The notes beneath the pieces were generated by a model that was not told the DNA's origin, did not search any database, and worked only from the letters and a program-made list of their open reading frames with translations. This document shows, in pieces, positions 49,302 through 59,099 of a stretch of 64,000 nucleotides of DNA (positions are counted from its first letter, which is position 1; every line of letters begins with the position of its first letter). Origin of the DNA: Cenarchaeum sp. (GTDB lineage Archaea; Thermoproteota; Nitrososphaeria; Nitrososphaerales; Nitrosopumilaceae); assembly GCA_965212015.1 (NCBI GenBank), contig OZ243037.1, forward strand, positions 928,001 through 992,000, read 5' to 3'. The translations under genes and the position numbers were made by a program.

Positions 49302-49850
49302 CTAGGCCACGGGATAGCCGCGCTCGGCCCTCAGTACAGGCATCTTTTGGTGCAGCCAGACGAGCAGCTTTATGAACTCGTCCGCCTCGTTTTTAATGTA
49401 ATTTTCAATCTCGCCGTGCTGCCCGTTGCGGTACCACTGCGGAATAGTCAGGCCGCTGTGCGGCTTGCCCGTTAGCTTGTCAAGGCCAGAGCCCTTGAAC
49501 TGCCCGTTGTTCATGAGAACCGCAATGCTGTGCAGATCAATGCACGGCCTTGACATTATGTCGATCGGGTGCTTGCTGTATTTTTTGGACTTTGATAGAA
49601 GAAACTTGTGCTCGAATGTCAGGTTGAATCCCACGGGGACAAAGTCAAAGCCGTACGTGTGTATGATCTTGGACTCGGTGATGAACTTTTGGATCATCGC
49701 CTCCTCGCCTTCCTCCCATTCCTTGAGAATGACTAGCTCGCCTGTCGGCCTGCCCGTTCCCTGCTCTAGCTCCTGGTACTGTATCGTTATGATCTTGTCG
49801 CCGAAAACATCCAGCCCCTCTGTCTCGATGTCAAGATAGTAATTTCCCAC
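49302..49850 (-). CDS. RNase H-like/DEDD 3'-5' exonuclease domain protein
   Basis: YLDIETEG (ExoI), GFNL.F (ExoII), Y...E (ExoIII). Confidence 0.8.
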   Translation of the reverse strand: MGNYYLDIETEGLDVFGDKIITIQYQELEQGTGRPTGELVILKEWEEGEEAMIQKFITESKIIHTYGFDFVPVGFNLTFEHKFLLSKSKKYSKHPIDIMSRPCIDLHSIAVLMNNGQFKGSGLDKLTGKPHSGLTIPQWYRNGQHGEIENYIKNEADEFIKLLVWLHQKMPVLRAERGYPVA

Positions 49851-50068
49851 AAGCTCGGTGCGGCGCGCCGTATTATAATTATTGCCCAGCGGACTCTTTC
49901 CGGGTCATGCAATCAGGATCGGCTGATCGCCTCCGATCATTGCCAAAAAAGGGAGTCACGCCCGGTGGACGCGGGTCGGTAATTTTGGCAGAAAGCGATC
50001 GGAACGCCTACAATATTCCTGCCATTTTTTTTCTAAACACATTAAAACCCGTTTTTTTATATTATTCC

Positions 50069-50574
50069 ATGAAAAAATCACACACCTTGGCATATTTGGA
50101 TACCAATATTCTGCTGATGATTATAAAATATGATGAATTTCCTGATTACGACTATAAACAATCCATTCACAAATGCTATATGACCACAGGATAAAGATCC
50201 CGCAGATAGTATTAGGGGAGGCGCTAGCAGTGATGTTGAAAAGCGAGTCAGATCCGGGGCGGATCTTGCAATGCACGACAGATATGGGCAACATATCAAA
50301 CAAGTGGAAGCTTGATTCTGACAAGTTTCCTCCCCCTAACAATCTGATCATACAAAGAGCAAAAATACTATCTGATCTTAGCGGCGTGGTAAACAATATG
50401 GATTCCTTGATTTTGGCTCATGCGATAGAGGATGGAGATGCCACGCATTTTTTAACGACTGACAGGCCGTTGAAAAACCCCCTAGTATTAAGCCATATCG
50501 AGGACCTGAAAAAGAATGGAACACGCAACCAGATCCTGAACATACCGGCCGAGTTTACAATAGGCAAAGACTAG
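50069..50574 (+). pseudogene. PIN-domain ribonuclease, frameshifted near 50172
   Basis: Frame 1 AYLDTNIL joins frame 2 IPQIVLGE...MDSLILAHA...FLTTD. Confidence 0.75.
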
Positions 50575-51004
50575 TCAATTTCGAATAGACCGAATCAATG
50601 AACTTTGGGTCGTGATCACACTTTAGCATGTAAAAATGCTCCAGTTTTAGGCCCTTGTCAAGATTCGTCTCGTGCAGTATGGTTGCTGCAATCTCCAGCC
50701 AAGCAGTACTCTTGCCCCTCAATACTGACAAAAATTCCTCATGACGCAGCGCAGGCGGTGCCGATGCAGATGCCATGTTTGCAACGTCCAGATTATAGTA
50801 ATCCGACGTCAATCCACGCGAGTATGGTCCGCGCAGGTGTATATTGTACGCATAGCCTAGATCCAGCCCGAAATGTTTGGCCAGATATGTGTATTTTTGA
50901 ACCTTTAGGCGGTTCTCAAAGCCCTCGTCACTGTCATCTTTTAATCTGGCTACATTAACCATGCCCTGTCCCGAAAGATACGATACAAACTCCCCAAGTG
51001 CCAT
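50555..51004 (-). CDS. YwgA/SocA-like winged-helix putative antitoxin
   Basis: RLKVQKYTYL, Y...RGPYS..L, WLEIAATI. Confidence 0.75.
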   Translation of the reverse strand: MALGEFVSYLSGQGMVNVARLKDDSDEGFENRLKVQKYTYLAKHFGLDLGYAYNIHLRGPYSRGLTSDYYNLDVANMASASAPPALRHEEFLSVLRGKSTAWLEIAATILHETNLDKGLKLEHFYMLKCDHDPKFIDSVYSKLTSLCLL

Positions 51005-51052
51005 ACACTTAACTGGCCACTCTACTCATATAAAATTACGCCATTGGTTAGT

Positions 51053-51112
51053 GCAACAGGTTAGGTTCAAGAGGGATATTTGGATCTACAGGCACGGGAC
51101 CTAACCGGATAC
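51053..51112. mobile_element. 60-bp MITE, copy 3
   Basis: GCAACAGGTTAGGTTC...GGACCTAACCGGATAC; TSD TGGTTAGT/TGGCTAGT (7/8). Confidence 0.88.
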
Positions 51113-51183
51113 TGGCTAGTCTGTTGCATAACTCACCTGATCATGCCAGATATCCCACTTTGACTCAGATTCCCATTGGATCG

Positions 51184-51362
51184 TTGCCAGTTCTGCCATC
51201 CTGCTGGACACGCCGGCCTTGATTTTCAGCTCCCGTATCATTCTCCCATTTGCACAAATACACATAATCCCCCAGGCATCTTGAATGTCGAAAAGACAAT
51301 CTCTACGAGCCATCTCTGGCCGTATCGCACGCGTTTTTTCCATCTTGGCTGGTTTTCGAGCC
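51184..51362 (-). pseudogene. IS5-family transposase C-terminal remnant
   Basis: Across frameshifts RWKKRVRYGQRWLVEIVFSTFK...MIRELKIK, parallel to GYGKRWIVESLFSAIK...MMHEMALK in the 62.4-kb IS. Confidence 0.7.
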
Positions 51363-51441
51363 TTTCTGCCTCATCAAGCTGGCTTTGCCCCATAATGTGC
51401 CGTGTGTAATGTCAGAAAGTGGAATTACCGGACAATGCCGC

Positions 51442-54213
51442 CTATTCCGGACAGCCGTCGGAATCTGCGTCGCCGTCATGGTCCTCGGGGACGGCGGGGC
51501 ACTGGTCGTTGTCGTTGATTATGCCGTCAAGATCGCCGTCATGCACGAACCTGGACTGCTCTGGAATGACGTCGGGGCACCCGTCTGCGTCGCGGTACTT
51601 GTTCCACGTCTCCGGACTCGTCGGGCACTGGTCTATTGCGTCAGTAATATTGTCCCCGTCCGCATCAGGCGGGCTGTTTTCTGTGTCGCCCTGCGGAATG
51701 ACGTCGGGGCATCCGTCCCAGTCAAGATAATTGTTGAAATTCTCGCGCTCATCTAGGCACTGGTCCCACCTGTCGTCTATGCCGTCGGCATCAACGTCGG
51801 GGAACTCGTAGCGGACGGTATCAACCACCACGGTATCTGGGCATCCGTCCGTATCCTCAAAGCCGTTATAGACCTCCTTTGCTGTGGGGCACTCGTCTAT
51901 CGAGTTGTCGATATTGTCCTGGTCGGAGTCAAGATGCAGTTTTTCGCCGTCGGGGCATCCGTCCCAGTCGCTAAAGCCGTCGTGCACTTCTGCCTGGTTG
52001 GGGCACACATCCACATAGTCGTTGATTCCGTCGCCGTCAGAGTCCGGCACGCTCGCCTCGCTGCCCACAAAGTCCGGGCAGCCGTCAGAATCCATGTGCA
52101 GGTTGTAAGTCTCCGATACCGTAGGGCACAGGTCCACGTCGTCGGCCACGCCGTCAGAATCCCTGTCCCTTACCACCGTGTAATCGACATAGTCGGGGCA
52201 GCCGTCCTCGTCCCTGTAATTGTTATAGCGCTCGCCTGCTGCGGGGCACTTGTCCACAGAGTCCAGGATTCCGTCGCTGTCAGAGTCAAGCAGTACGCTT
52301 GATGCCGATCCCGGGACGTCCGGGCAGCCGTCCCAGTCAAGATAGCCGTTAAAGGTCTCGGCGCCCTCTAGGCACTGATCCCACCTGTCATCCACGCCGT
52401 CGGCATCGGTGTCGGGAAACTCGTATAGCATTACAGAGTCCTCGACTGCGTCAGGACACCCGTCGTCGTCCTGGAGCATGTTGTAGGTCTCCCTGTCCAG
52501 CACGCACAAGTCCTCGCTGTTGGGGATTCCGTCCCTGTCCGTGTCGGTAAGATCGGTAAACTCGTCGGGACACCCGTCAGAGTCGGCATAGTCGTTTATT
52601 GTCTCTGGCTGGTTGGGGCACAAATCCAGCGGGTCGCGGATACCGTCTGCATCAGAATCCAAATCAGAGGAATCGGCCGTCACCGAGTCCGGGCATCCGT
52701 CTGCGTCCTGGAACTTGTTATAGACCTCCTTGACCCTCGGGCACATGTCGATGTCGTCGCTGACTCCGTCGCCGTCAGAATCGCCCATGGACTCTGTCAG
52801 CAGCGTGTCGGGGCATCCGTCCTCGTCTAGCAGCCCGTTGTGCCTTTCTGCGATTGCGGGACAGAGATCCTCGCTGTCAGGTATCCCGTCCTCGTCAGCA
52901 TCGGTGAAAAATGACGCCGAGTCCAGCGGGGTGTCCGGGCAGCCGTCGCGATCCGCATAGCCGTTATAGGTCTCCGGTTCAGAGACGCACTGGTCCCACC
53001 TGTCATCCACGCCGTCGGCATCGGCATCGGGAAATTCGTAGAGCACGGAAGAGTCTGCAACCGCATCGGGACATCCGTCCTCGTCAAGATGCTTGTTCCA
53101 GATCTCGCGCGTATCGGGGCACTCGTCAGATATGTTTGGTATTCCGTCCGCATCGGTGTCGGTAAGATCGGTAAACTGGTCGGGGCAGCCGTCGGTGTCG
53201 GCATAATTGTTGTACGACTCGGGCTGGATCGGGCACAGGTCCAGGCGGTCGGAGATTCCGTCGCCGTCAGAATCCGGTATTGGTTTTTCCGTTGCGACAT
53301 AGTCCGGACAGCCGTCCTCGTCGAGAAACTGGTTGAATGTCTCTTTGCTAAATGGGCAGACATCAAAGTTGCTCGGTATGCCGTCAAAATCCACATCGGT
53401 GACTGTGGGCAGGAATATTACGTCGGGACAGCCGTCCTCGTCCTGGTACCCGTTAAAGTTCTCAGGTTCGGATACGCATTCGTCGACCTCGTCTATTATG
53501 GTGTCAAAGTCAGAGTCTTTTTTTGTGTCAGATGAAAACCCCATGGTGTCGGGACAGCCGTCCCAGTCAAGATAGCCGTCAAAGTTTTCGGCCTCGTTTA
53601 TGCATTGATCCCGCCTGTCCTCGATTCCGTCCGCATCGGCGTCCGGAAACTGATAGGCTGACGTGTCCGAGTCCACATCATCCGGGCAGCCGTCCGTATC
53701 CTGGAACATGTTGTAGGATTCCTGCTCGTACTGGCACAGGTCTGCCACGTCGGGAACCCCGTCCTGATCAGAGTCCCTCAGGGACATGTTGTCATCCGGG
53801 CAGCCGTCAAGATCCAGCAGTCCGTTGAACGTCTCGGGCTGGTTGGGGCACAGGTCTGCCGTGTCGATAAAGCCGTCAGAGTCGGTGTCGGCAGCTCCCG
53901 AACCGGTCTCTTGGGGTGCAGTATCAGGGCAGCCGTCCGTGTCCTCAAAGGCGTTGTAATTCTCCCTTACGGTGGGACAGCCGTCCAGGTGATCCTGTAT
54001 TCCGTCATGATCCACGTCGTACCAGGGGACAAAGTTCGACGGGCAGCCGTCAATGTCCCCCTCGCCGTCCTCGCGCACAAACGGGCACAAATCCACGGAA
54101 TCGGCAACGTTGTCACCGTCGATATCGTTGGGTGCGGCAAGGGTATGGACCGGAGCCATGCCCATGGTCACTGCCAAAAGTATAAACAATCCCAAAATGT
54201 GATATTCTCTCAT
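51442..54213 (-). CDS. Secreted thrombospondin type 3 (Ca-binding) repeat protein, 22 repeats
   Basis: Signal peptide; repeated DxDxDGxxDxxDxCP...E.xN.xxDxDGCPD. Confidence 0.92.
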   Translation of the reverse strand: MREYHILGLFILLAVTMGMAPVHTLAAPNDIDGDNVADSVDLCPFVREDGEGDIDGCPSNFVPWYDVDHDGIQDHLDGCPTVRENYNAFEDTDGCPDTAPQETGSGAADTDSDGFIDTADLCPNQPETFNGLLDLDGCPDDNMSLRDSDQDGVPDVADLCQYEQESYNMFQDTDGCPDDVDSDTSAYQFPDADADGIEDRRDQCINEAENFDGYLDWDGCPDTMGFSSDTKKDSDFDTIIDEVDECVSEPENFNGYQDEDGCPDVIFLPTVTDVDFDGIPSNFDVCPFSKETFNQFLDEDGCPDYVATEKPIPDSDGDGISDRLDLCPIQPESYNNYADTDGCPDQFTDLTDTDADGIPNISDECPDTREIWNKHLDEDGCPDAVADSSVLYEFPDADADGVDDRWDQCVSEPETYNGYADRDGCPDTPLDSASFFTDADEDGIPDSEDLCPAIAERHNGLLDEDGCPDTLLTESMGDSDGDGVSDDIDMCPRVKEVYNKFQDADGCPDSVTADSSDLDSDADGIRDPLDLCPNQPETINDYADSDGCPDEFTDLTDTDRDGIPNSEDLCVLDRETYNMLQDDDGCPDAVEDSVMLYEFPDTDADGVDDRWDQCLEGAETFNGYLDWDGCPDVPGSASSVLLDSDSDGILDSVDKCPAAGERYNNYRDEDGCPDYVDYTVVRDRDSDGVADDVDLCPTVSETYNLHMDSDGCPDFVGSEASVPDSDGDGINDYVDVCPNQAEVHDGFSDWDGCPDGEKLHLDSDQDNIDNSIDECPTAKEVYNGFEDTDGCPDTVVVDTVRYEFPDVDADGIDDRWDQCLDERENFNNYLDWDGCPDVIPQGDTENSPPDADGDNITDAIDQCPTSPETWNKYRDADGCPDVIPEQSRFVHDGDLDGIINDNDQCPAVPEDHDGDADSDGCPE

Positions 54214-54308
54214 CTTCTAGACGCATTTGTCAGGGCGTCTTTATTAAACGTCACGGTAAAAATCAGCTATCCGATTGAAACGATAATCTTGTAAAAGTCG
54301 TGCCGGGC

Positions 54309-57300
54309 CTATGGATCGGGACAGCCGTCAGAGTCGGCATTGCCGTCATAGTCCTCAGGTATGTCGGGGCACAAATCCAAGTCGTTGATTATGCCGTCTA
54401 GATCACTGTCGTGCTTGTAGCGTGATTGCTCCGGAATGACGTCTGGGCAGCCGTCGGCGTCCTCGTACTTGTTCCATGTCTCAGGCTCGGCGGGACACCC
54501 GTCATTGCCGTCCCTTATGCCGTCGGCGTCAGAGTCAAGGTGCACGGGTGCGGCCGGCACCGTATCTGGGCAGCCGTCATAGTCCACATAGCGGTTCCAT
54601 GTCTCCTTTACTGTCGGGCACACGTCCATGTCGTCTGGGATTCCGTCGGCGTCGCCGTCAAGGAACGTCACGTCCGGACAGCCGTCCTCATCAGAGACCG
54701 AATTATACGTCTCTGGCCTTGTCGGGCATTCGTCTAGCGTGTTTTCAATTCCGTCGCCGTCAGAGTCAAGCGCCGTCTCTACAGAGTCTGGGCAGCCGTC
54801 CGTATCCTCGAACTGGTTGTGCACCTCGGGCTCTAGCGGGCAGGCGTCCGTCTCGTTTGGTATCCCGTCATTGTCGGTATCTGCCGATGCCGCATAGTCA
54901 TCCGGGCATCCGTCGGAGTCCAGAAATCCGTTGAATGTCTCGGACTGATTTGGACAAAAGTCCTCTAGATCGGATAGCCCGTCGCCGTCAGAGTCGTTCA
55001 GCTCGTCATAGTTTCCCGGAGGCAGAATGTCGGGACAGCCGTCCTCGTCCTGGAACATGTTGTACCTTTCTGGCTGCAAGATGCACTCGTCGACAGAGTC
55101 GGCAATGTTGTCAAAGTCAGAGTCCTTGTCGAGTATATACGGTAAAAAGTCGGGGCAGCCGTCCTCGTCAAGATAATTGTTGTACCTTTCCTGGTCAGTC
55201 ACGCACTGATCCAAGTCGTCGGGTATTCCGTCCCGGTCTGCGTCAGAATCCACAATGCCGTCAGGACACCCGTCGTCGTCAAGAAACCTGTTCCACGTTT
55301 CAGGCTGGGTGGGGCACAGGTCCGCATCATCGGGAACGCCGTCGGAGTCAGAGTCGGACTGCGACACGGCATCCGGGCAGCCGTCAGAGTCGAGATAGCC
55401 GTTGTATACCTCGGCGTTTACTATGCACTCGTCAGACGCGTTTTCAATTCCGTCGCCGTCGGCGTCTGCAAACTCGGTGTCCACCGTGTCGGGGCAGCCG
55501 TCCGTATCCTGATAATTGTTGTACGTCTCGGCATACAGGGGGCACGAGTCGGCCTCGTCTGCTATCGCATCGCCGTCGGCATCAGCGGTGCTCTCGCGGT
55601 CGGGGCAGCCGTCCCTGTCAAGAAGATCATTGAATGTCTCTGGCTGGTTGGGGCAGGAGTCCATATAGTCTGAGATTCCGTCGCCGTCAGAGTCCGGCGT
55701 ATCCTTTGCGTCCACGACGCGGTCAGGGCAGCCGTCCGTATCCTCGAACTGGTTGTAGGATTCATCAAGCAGCGGGCAGGCGTCAAGCGAGTCCATTATG
55801 CCGTCCTGATCAGAATCGATGAGGGTCTCATAGGGTGGAATGTCAGGGCAGCCGTCCGTATCCTCATAGCTGTTAAACCTCTCCGGCACTAGCGGGCAGG
55901 AGTCTTGCGAATCTGCCACGCCGTCGCCGTCTGTGTCTGCAAGCGATACCGTGTCGGGGCATCCGTCCGTATCCTTGTATGCGTTCCATACCTCCCTTTC
56001 GGCAGGGCAGGCGTCCTCAGAGTCCGGCACGCCGTCAGAGTCGCCGTCTGCGTACGGCACCTCGTCTGGGCAGCCGTCAGAATCAAGATGGCCGTTGAAC
56101 GTCTCCGGATCAAGCACGCACCTGTCTGAAATATCCGCAACGCCGTCGCCGTCGGCATCGTACGTTTTTGCCACTATAGAATCGGGGCAGCCGTCTGTAT
56201 CCTCGTAATTATTATACGTCTCAGGCTCTAGCATGCAAGAGTCCGACTCGTCGGAGATTCCGTCCCTGTCTGCGTCATAGGACGTGGTATAGTCCGGACA
56301 GCCGTCTGAGTCAAGAAGATCATTGAATGTCTCTGGCCGGTTGGGGCAAGAGTCCGCATAGTCTGAGATTCCGTCGCCGTCAGAGTCCGGGTTTTGCTCG
56401 CCTAGCGCGACATGGTCGGGGCATCCGTCAGAGTCGTCGAGCTGGTTGTAAACTTCGGCAACATCTGGGCAGACATCCATGCTGTCTAGTATCCCGTCCC
56501 TGTCAGAGTCCACATCAGAGACATAGGGGGGAATGTCCGGGCAGCCGTCTGCGTCCTCGTATCCGTTGTATCTTTCTGGCATCAGCGGGCAAGAGTCGAC
56601 GCTGTTTGGTACGCCGTCCTCGTCTGCATCACCCAGGTTTACCGCCGAAAACGACAGCGAGTCCGGGCAGCCGTCGTGATCCGCAAACTGGTTGTGCGTC
56701 TCTGGCTCGTCGGGGCACACGTCAAACTTGTTTACGATTCCGTCGCCGTCAGAGTCAAAGAGGCGCGCGCCGGACTCTACCGTGTCTGGGCAGCCGTCGC
56801 CGTCAAAATAGCCATTGTATACCTCCGGCTTGTCAATGCAAGAGTCAAACTTGTCCTCGATTCCGTCATTGTCGGTATCATCAAAAACAGAGTCAGATAC
56901 GCTGTCAGGACACCCGTCTGCGTCGTCGAGCTGGTTGTAGATCTCCGCGCTTAGCGGGCACAAGTCGTCTGCGTTGGGAACGCCGTCCCTGTCGGTGTCC
57001 CGGGATGGCGCAAAGTCGTCCGGACAGCCGTCCGTGTCATATACGCCGTTGAACGTCTCAGGCTGGGTGGGGCACAGGTCCGCAAAGTCGGCAAAGCCGT
57101 CAGAGTCGGTGTCGTCCGCACCGGTCTTGCCGGTGATTGGCGGGGTGTCAGGGCAGCCGTCGGCGTCCTCGAATTGGTTGTAATTCTCTTTAATGTCCGG
57201 GCAGGCGTCGTTTTGATCCTCGATGCCGTCAAAGTCCTCGTCGTACCAGGGGACAAAGTTCGACGGGCAGCCGTCCAAAATGCCCTCATTGTCCTCCTGC

Positions 57301-57437
57301 AGGTTGGGGCACTTGTCCGCCGAATCCTCGACTCCGTCATTATCCAGGTCGGATTCTGCAAATGCCGTATATACCGGAATGCTCGAAATGGCAAACATTA
57401 TTAAAAATATGAAACTAGCGGTGTGTTTTGTATTCAA
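54309..57437 (-). CDS. Secreted thrombospondin type 3 repeat protein, 26 repeats (tandem paralogue)
   Basis: Signal peptide; same repeat unit and shared terminal caps. Confidence 0.92.
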   Translation of the reverse strand: MNTKHTASFIFLIMFAISSIPVYTAFAESDLDNDGVEDSADKCPNLQEDNEGILDGCPSNFVPWYDEDFDGIEDQNDACPDIKENYNQFEDADGCPDTPPITGKTGADDTDSDGFADFADLCPTQPETFNGVYDTDGCPDDFAPSRDTDRDGVPNADDLCPLSAEIYNQLDDADGCPDSVSDSVFDDTDNDGIEDKFDSCIDKPEVYNGYFDGDGCPDTVESGARLFDSDGDGIVNKFDVCPDEPETHNQFADHDGCPDSLSFSAVNLGDADEDGVPNSVDSCPLMPERYNGYEDADGCPDIPPYVSDVDSDRDGILDSMDVCPDVAEVYNQLDDSDGCPDHVALGEQNPDSDGDGISDYADSCPNRPETFNDLLDSDGCPDYTTSYDADRDGISDESDSCMLEPETYNNYEDTDGCPDSIVAKTYDADGDGVADISDRCVLDPETFNGHLDSDGCPDEVPYADGDSDGVPDSEDACPAEREVWNAYKDTDGCPDTVSLADTDGDGVADSQDSCPLVPERFNSYEDTDGCPDIPPYETLIDSDQDGIMDSLDACPLLDESYNQFEDTDGCPDRVVDAKDTPDSDGDGISDYMDSCPNQPETFNDLLDRDGCPDRESTADADGDAIADEADSCPLYAETYNNYQDTDGCPDTVDTEFADADGDGIENASDECIVNAEVYNGYLDSDGCPDAVSQSDSDSDGVPDDADLCPTQPETWNRFLDDDGCPDGIVDSDADRDGIPDDLDQCVTDQERYNNYLDEDGCPDFLPYILDKDSDFDNIADSVDECILQPERYNMFQDEDGCPDILPPGNYDELNDSDGDGLSDLEDFCPNQSETFNGFLDSDGCPDDYAASADTDNDGIPNETDACPLEPEVHNQFEDTDGCPDSVETALDSDGDGIENTLDECPTRPETYNSVSDEDGCPDVTFLDGDADGIPDDMDVCPTVKETWNRYVDYDGCPDTVPAAPVHLDSDADGIRDGNDGCPAEPETWNKYEDADGCPDVIPEQSRYKHDSDLDGIINDLDLCPDIPEDYDGNADSDGCPDP

Positions 57438-57567
57438 TGCCCGAATTTACCTTTACGATCCTGTTATTAAACTTCACTCTAAAAAAATCCAAACCAACGG
57501 CGCCAAAGGGAATAACCCCGCAGGCGGCGATGCGATCACTTAAGTAAATCACTTGGGGAGTACCGCC

Positions 57568-58566
57568 ATGAGCTGTTCAGGCGAAGTAGTCCAGGAGCTA
57601 ATCCAGATAAAGTCCGGGATCGCAGCGCAGCTAAAAAAGGCAAAGTACGGGGTGGCGGATCACTCTACCGTGGAGCTGTGCCACTGGACCAAGAAATCCT
57701 TTAAAAACGAGGGGGACTGCTACAAGCACCGGTTTTACGGCATATCGACCCACAGGTGCATGGAGTTTTCGCCTGCCGGCATGCACTGCGAGAACAGGTG
57801 CGTATACTGCTGGAGGCCCATGGAGTTTTACGACTCGATCAGGATGGAGCCCGAAAGGGTCTCAGATCCCGAAGAGATCGTCAGGCGGCTCTCAGAGGAG
57901 CGAAAAAGGCTGATCATGGGATATTACGGGAACCCGGCCAACGACATGCAAAAGATCGACGAGTCGCTGCTTCCGAGCCACTATGCAATCTCGCTGTCCG
58001 GCGAGCCGACAATGTATCCAAAGCTGCCGGAGCTAATCAGGCACCTAAAGACGCTAAAGGAGACAAAGTCGATCTTTTTGGTTACAAACGGACAAGAGCC
58101 GGAGATGCTGCAAAGGCTGCAAGACGAGGACGCGCTGCCCACGCAGCTTTACCTGTCGACTAATGCCGCCGACCGCGACTCGTTTGCGAGAATCAACAGG
58201 CCGAGGTATGACGACGCATGGAAGAGGTGGAACGCCTCACTTGAGCTGCTAAAAAAGCTGGACACCAGGACTGTTCTCAGGATAACGCTGATTCGCGGAT
58301 ACAACACCAGAAAAGACATGATACCTGCCTTTGCCGCCATGTTTGAAAAGTCCAGCCCGCATTTCATCGAGATAAAGTCGTACATGCACATCGGGCGCTC
58401 GACGAACCGCCTGGAAAGGGATCACATGCTAGAGCACGACGAGGTGCGCAGTTTTTCAGACGGGATAGCCGGGAGGGGCGGCATGTTCTCTATAATAGAC
58501 GAGAGTGTCGTGTCACGGATAGCCCTGCTGCAAAACAACGAGCGACGCATCGACAGGTACATCTAA
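57568..58566 (+). CDS. taw1: 4-demethylwyosine synthase (radical SAM, TYW1/Taw1)
   Basis: CHWTK, CYK..FYGI..HRC, CENRCVYCWR, SLSGEPT. Confidence 0.94.
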   Translation: MSCSGEVVQELIQIKSGIAAQLKKAKYGVADHSTVELCHWTKKSFKNEGDCYKHRFYGISTHRCMEFSPAGMHCENRCVYCWRPMEFYDSIRMEPERVSDPEEIVRRLSEERKRLIMGYYGNPANDMQKIDESLLPSHYAISLSGEPTMYPKLPELIRHLKTLKETKSIFLVTNGQEPEMLQRLQDEDALPTQLYLSTNAADRDSFARINRPRYDDAWKRWNASLELLKKLDTRTVLRITLIRGYNTRKDMIPAFAAMFEKSSPHFIEIKSYMHIGRSTNRLERDHMLEHDEVRSFSDGIAGRGGMFSIIDESVVSRIALLQNNERRIDRYI

Positions 58567-59099
58567 AACCACGCGGCGAACTTTTTTAGCGCCTTGTACC
58601 TGTGCGAGATGGTGTTCTTGTCTGCTTGTGCAAACGTCTCTGTCTGTCCGGACGGGACAAATATCGGATCATACCCCCATCCCCGCCCCCTCGCGCGCGC
58701 AGATATTTTTCCGGCGGTTTTTCCCCGGAACAGCTTTTCGTTTCCAGAGTCCCGGTATGCAATCACGGAGTGAAATGATGCGGCCCTCCCTGTCTTTAGC
58801 AGCCTCAGTATGCCGGCGTTGCCGATGCTCCGGAATACAAACGACGAGTACGGGCCGGGAAACCCGCCGAGCGAGTCGACAAACATGCCGTCGTCCTCCA
58901 CCATTACCGGCCGCCCGCACCTGGAAAACGCGTCTCTGACCTTGTGCCTGGCAATCTCGCCCAAAGAGTCGGACTGAATCTCTGCCAGCTCGCACCTGAA
59001 AAACCCAGCCGAGATGCCAAACCCCCGGAGAATCTCCTCGGCCTCGCCGAACTTGTCTGCATTCGATGATGCAAACAGCACGTCATACGACTGTGGCAT
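58563..59099 (-). CDS. rdgB: Non-canonical purine NTP pyrophosphatase (HAM1/RdgB)
   Basis: SSNADK, EDDG, GFPGPYS, GYDPIF, SHR. Confidence 0.93.
   Translation of the reverse strand: MPQSYDVLFASSNADKFGEAEEILRGFGISAGFFRCELAEIQSDSLGEIARHKVRDAFSRCGRPVMVEDDGMFVDSLGGFPGPYSSFVFRSIGNAGILRLLKTGRAASFHSVIAYRDSGNEKLFRGKTAGKISARARGRGWGYDPIFVPSGQTETFAQADKNTISHRYKALKKFAAWF

Noticed and set aside
51442-57437. Recurrent GGGCAGCCGTC motifs as CRISPR or DGR repeats
   Set aside because: They are the codons for DGCP in the protein repeats; no reverse transcriptase is present
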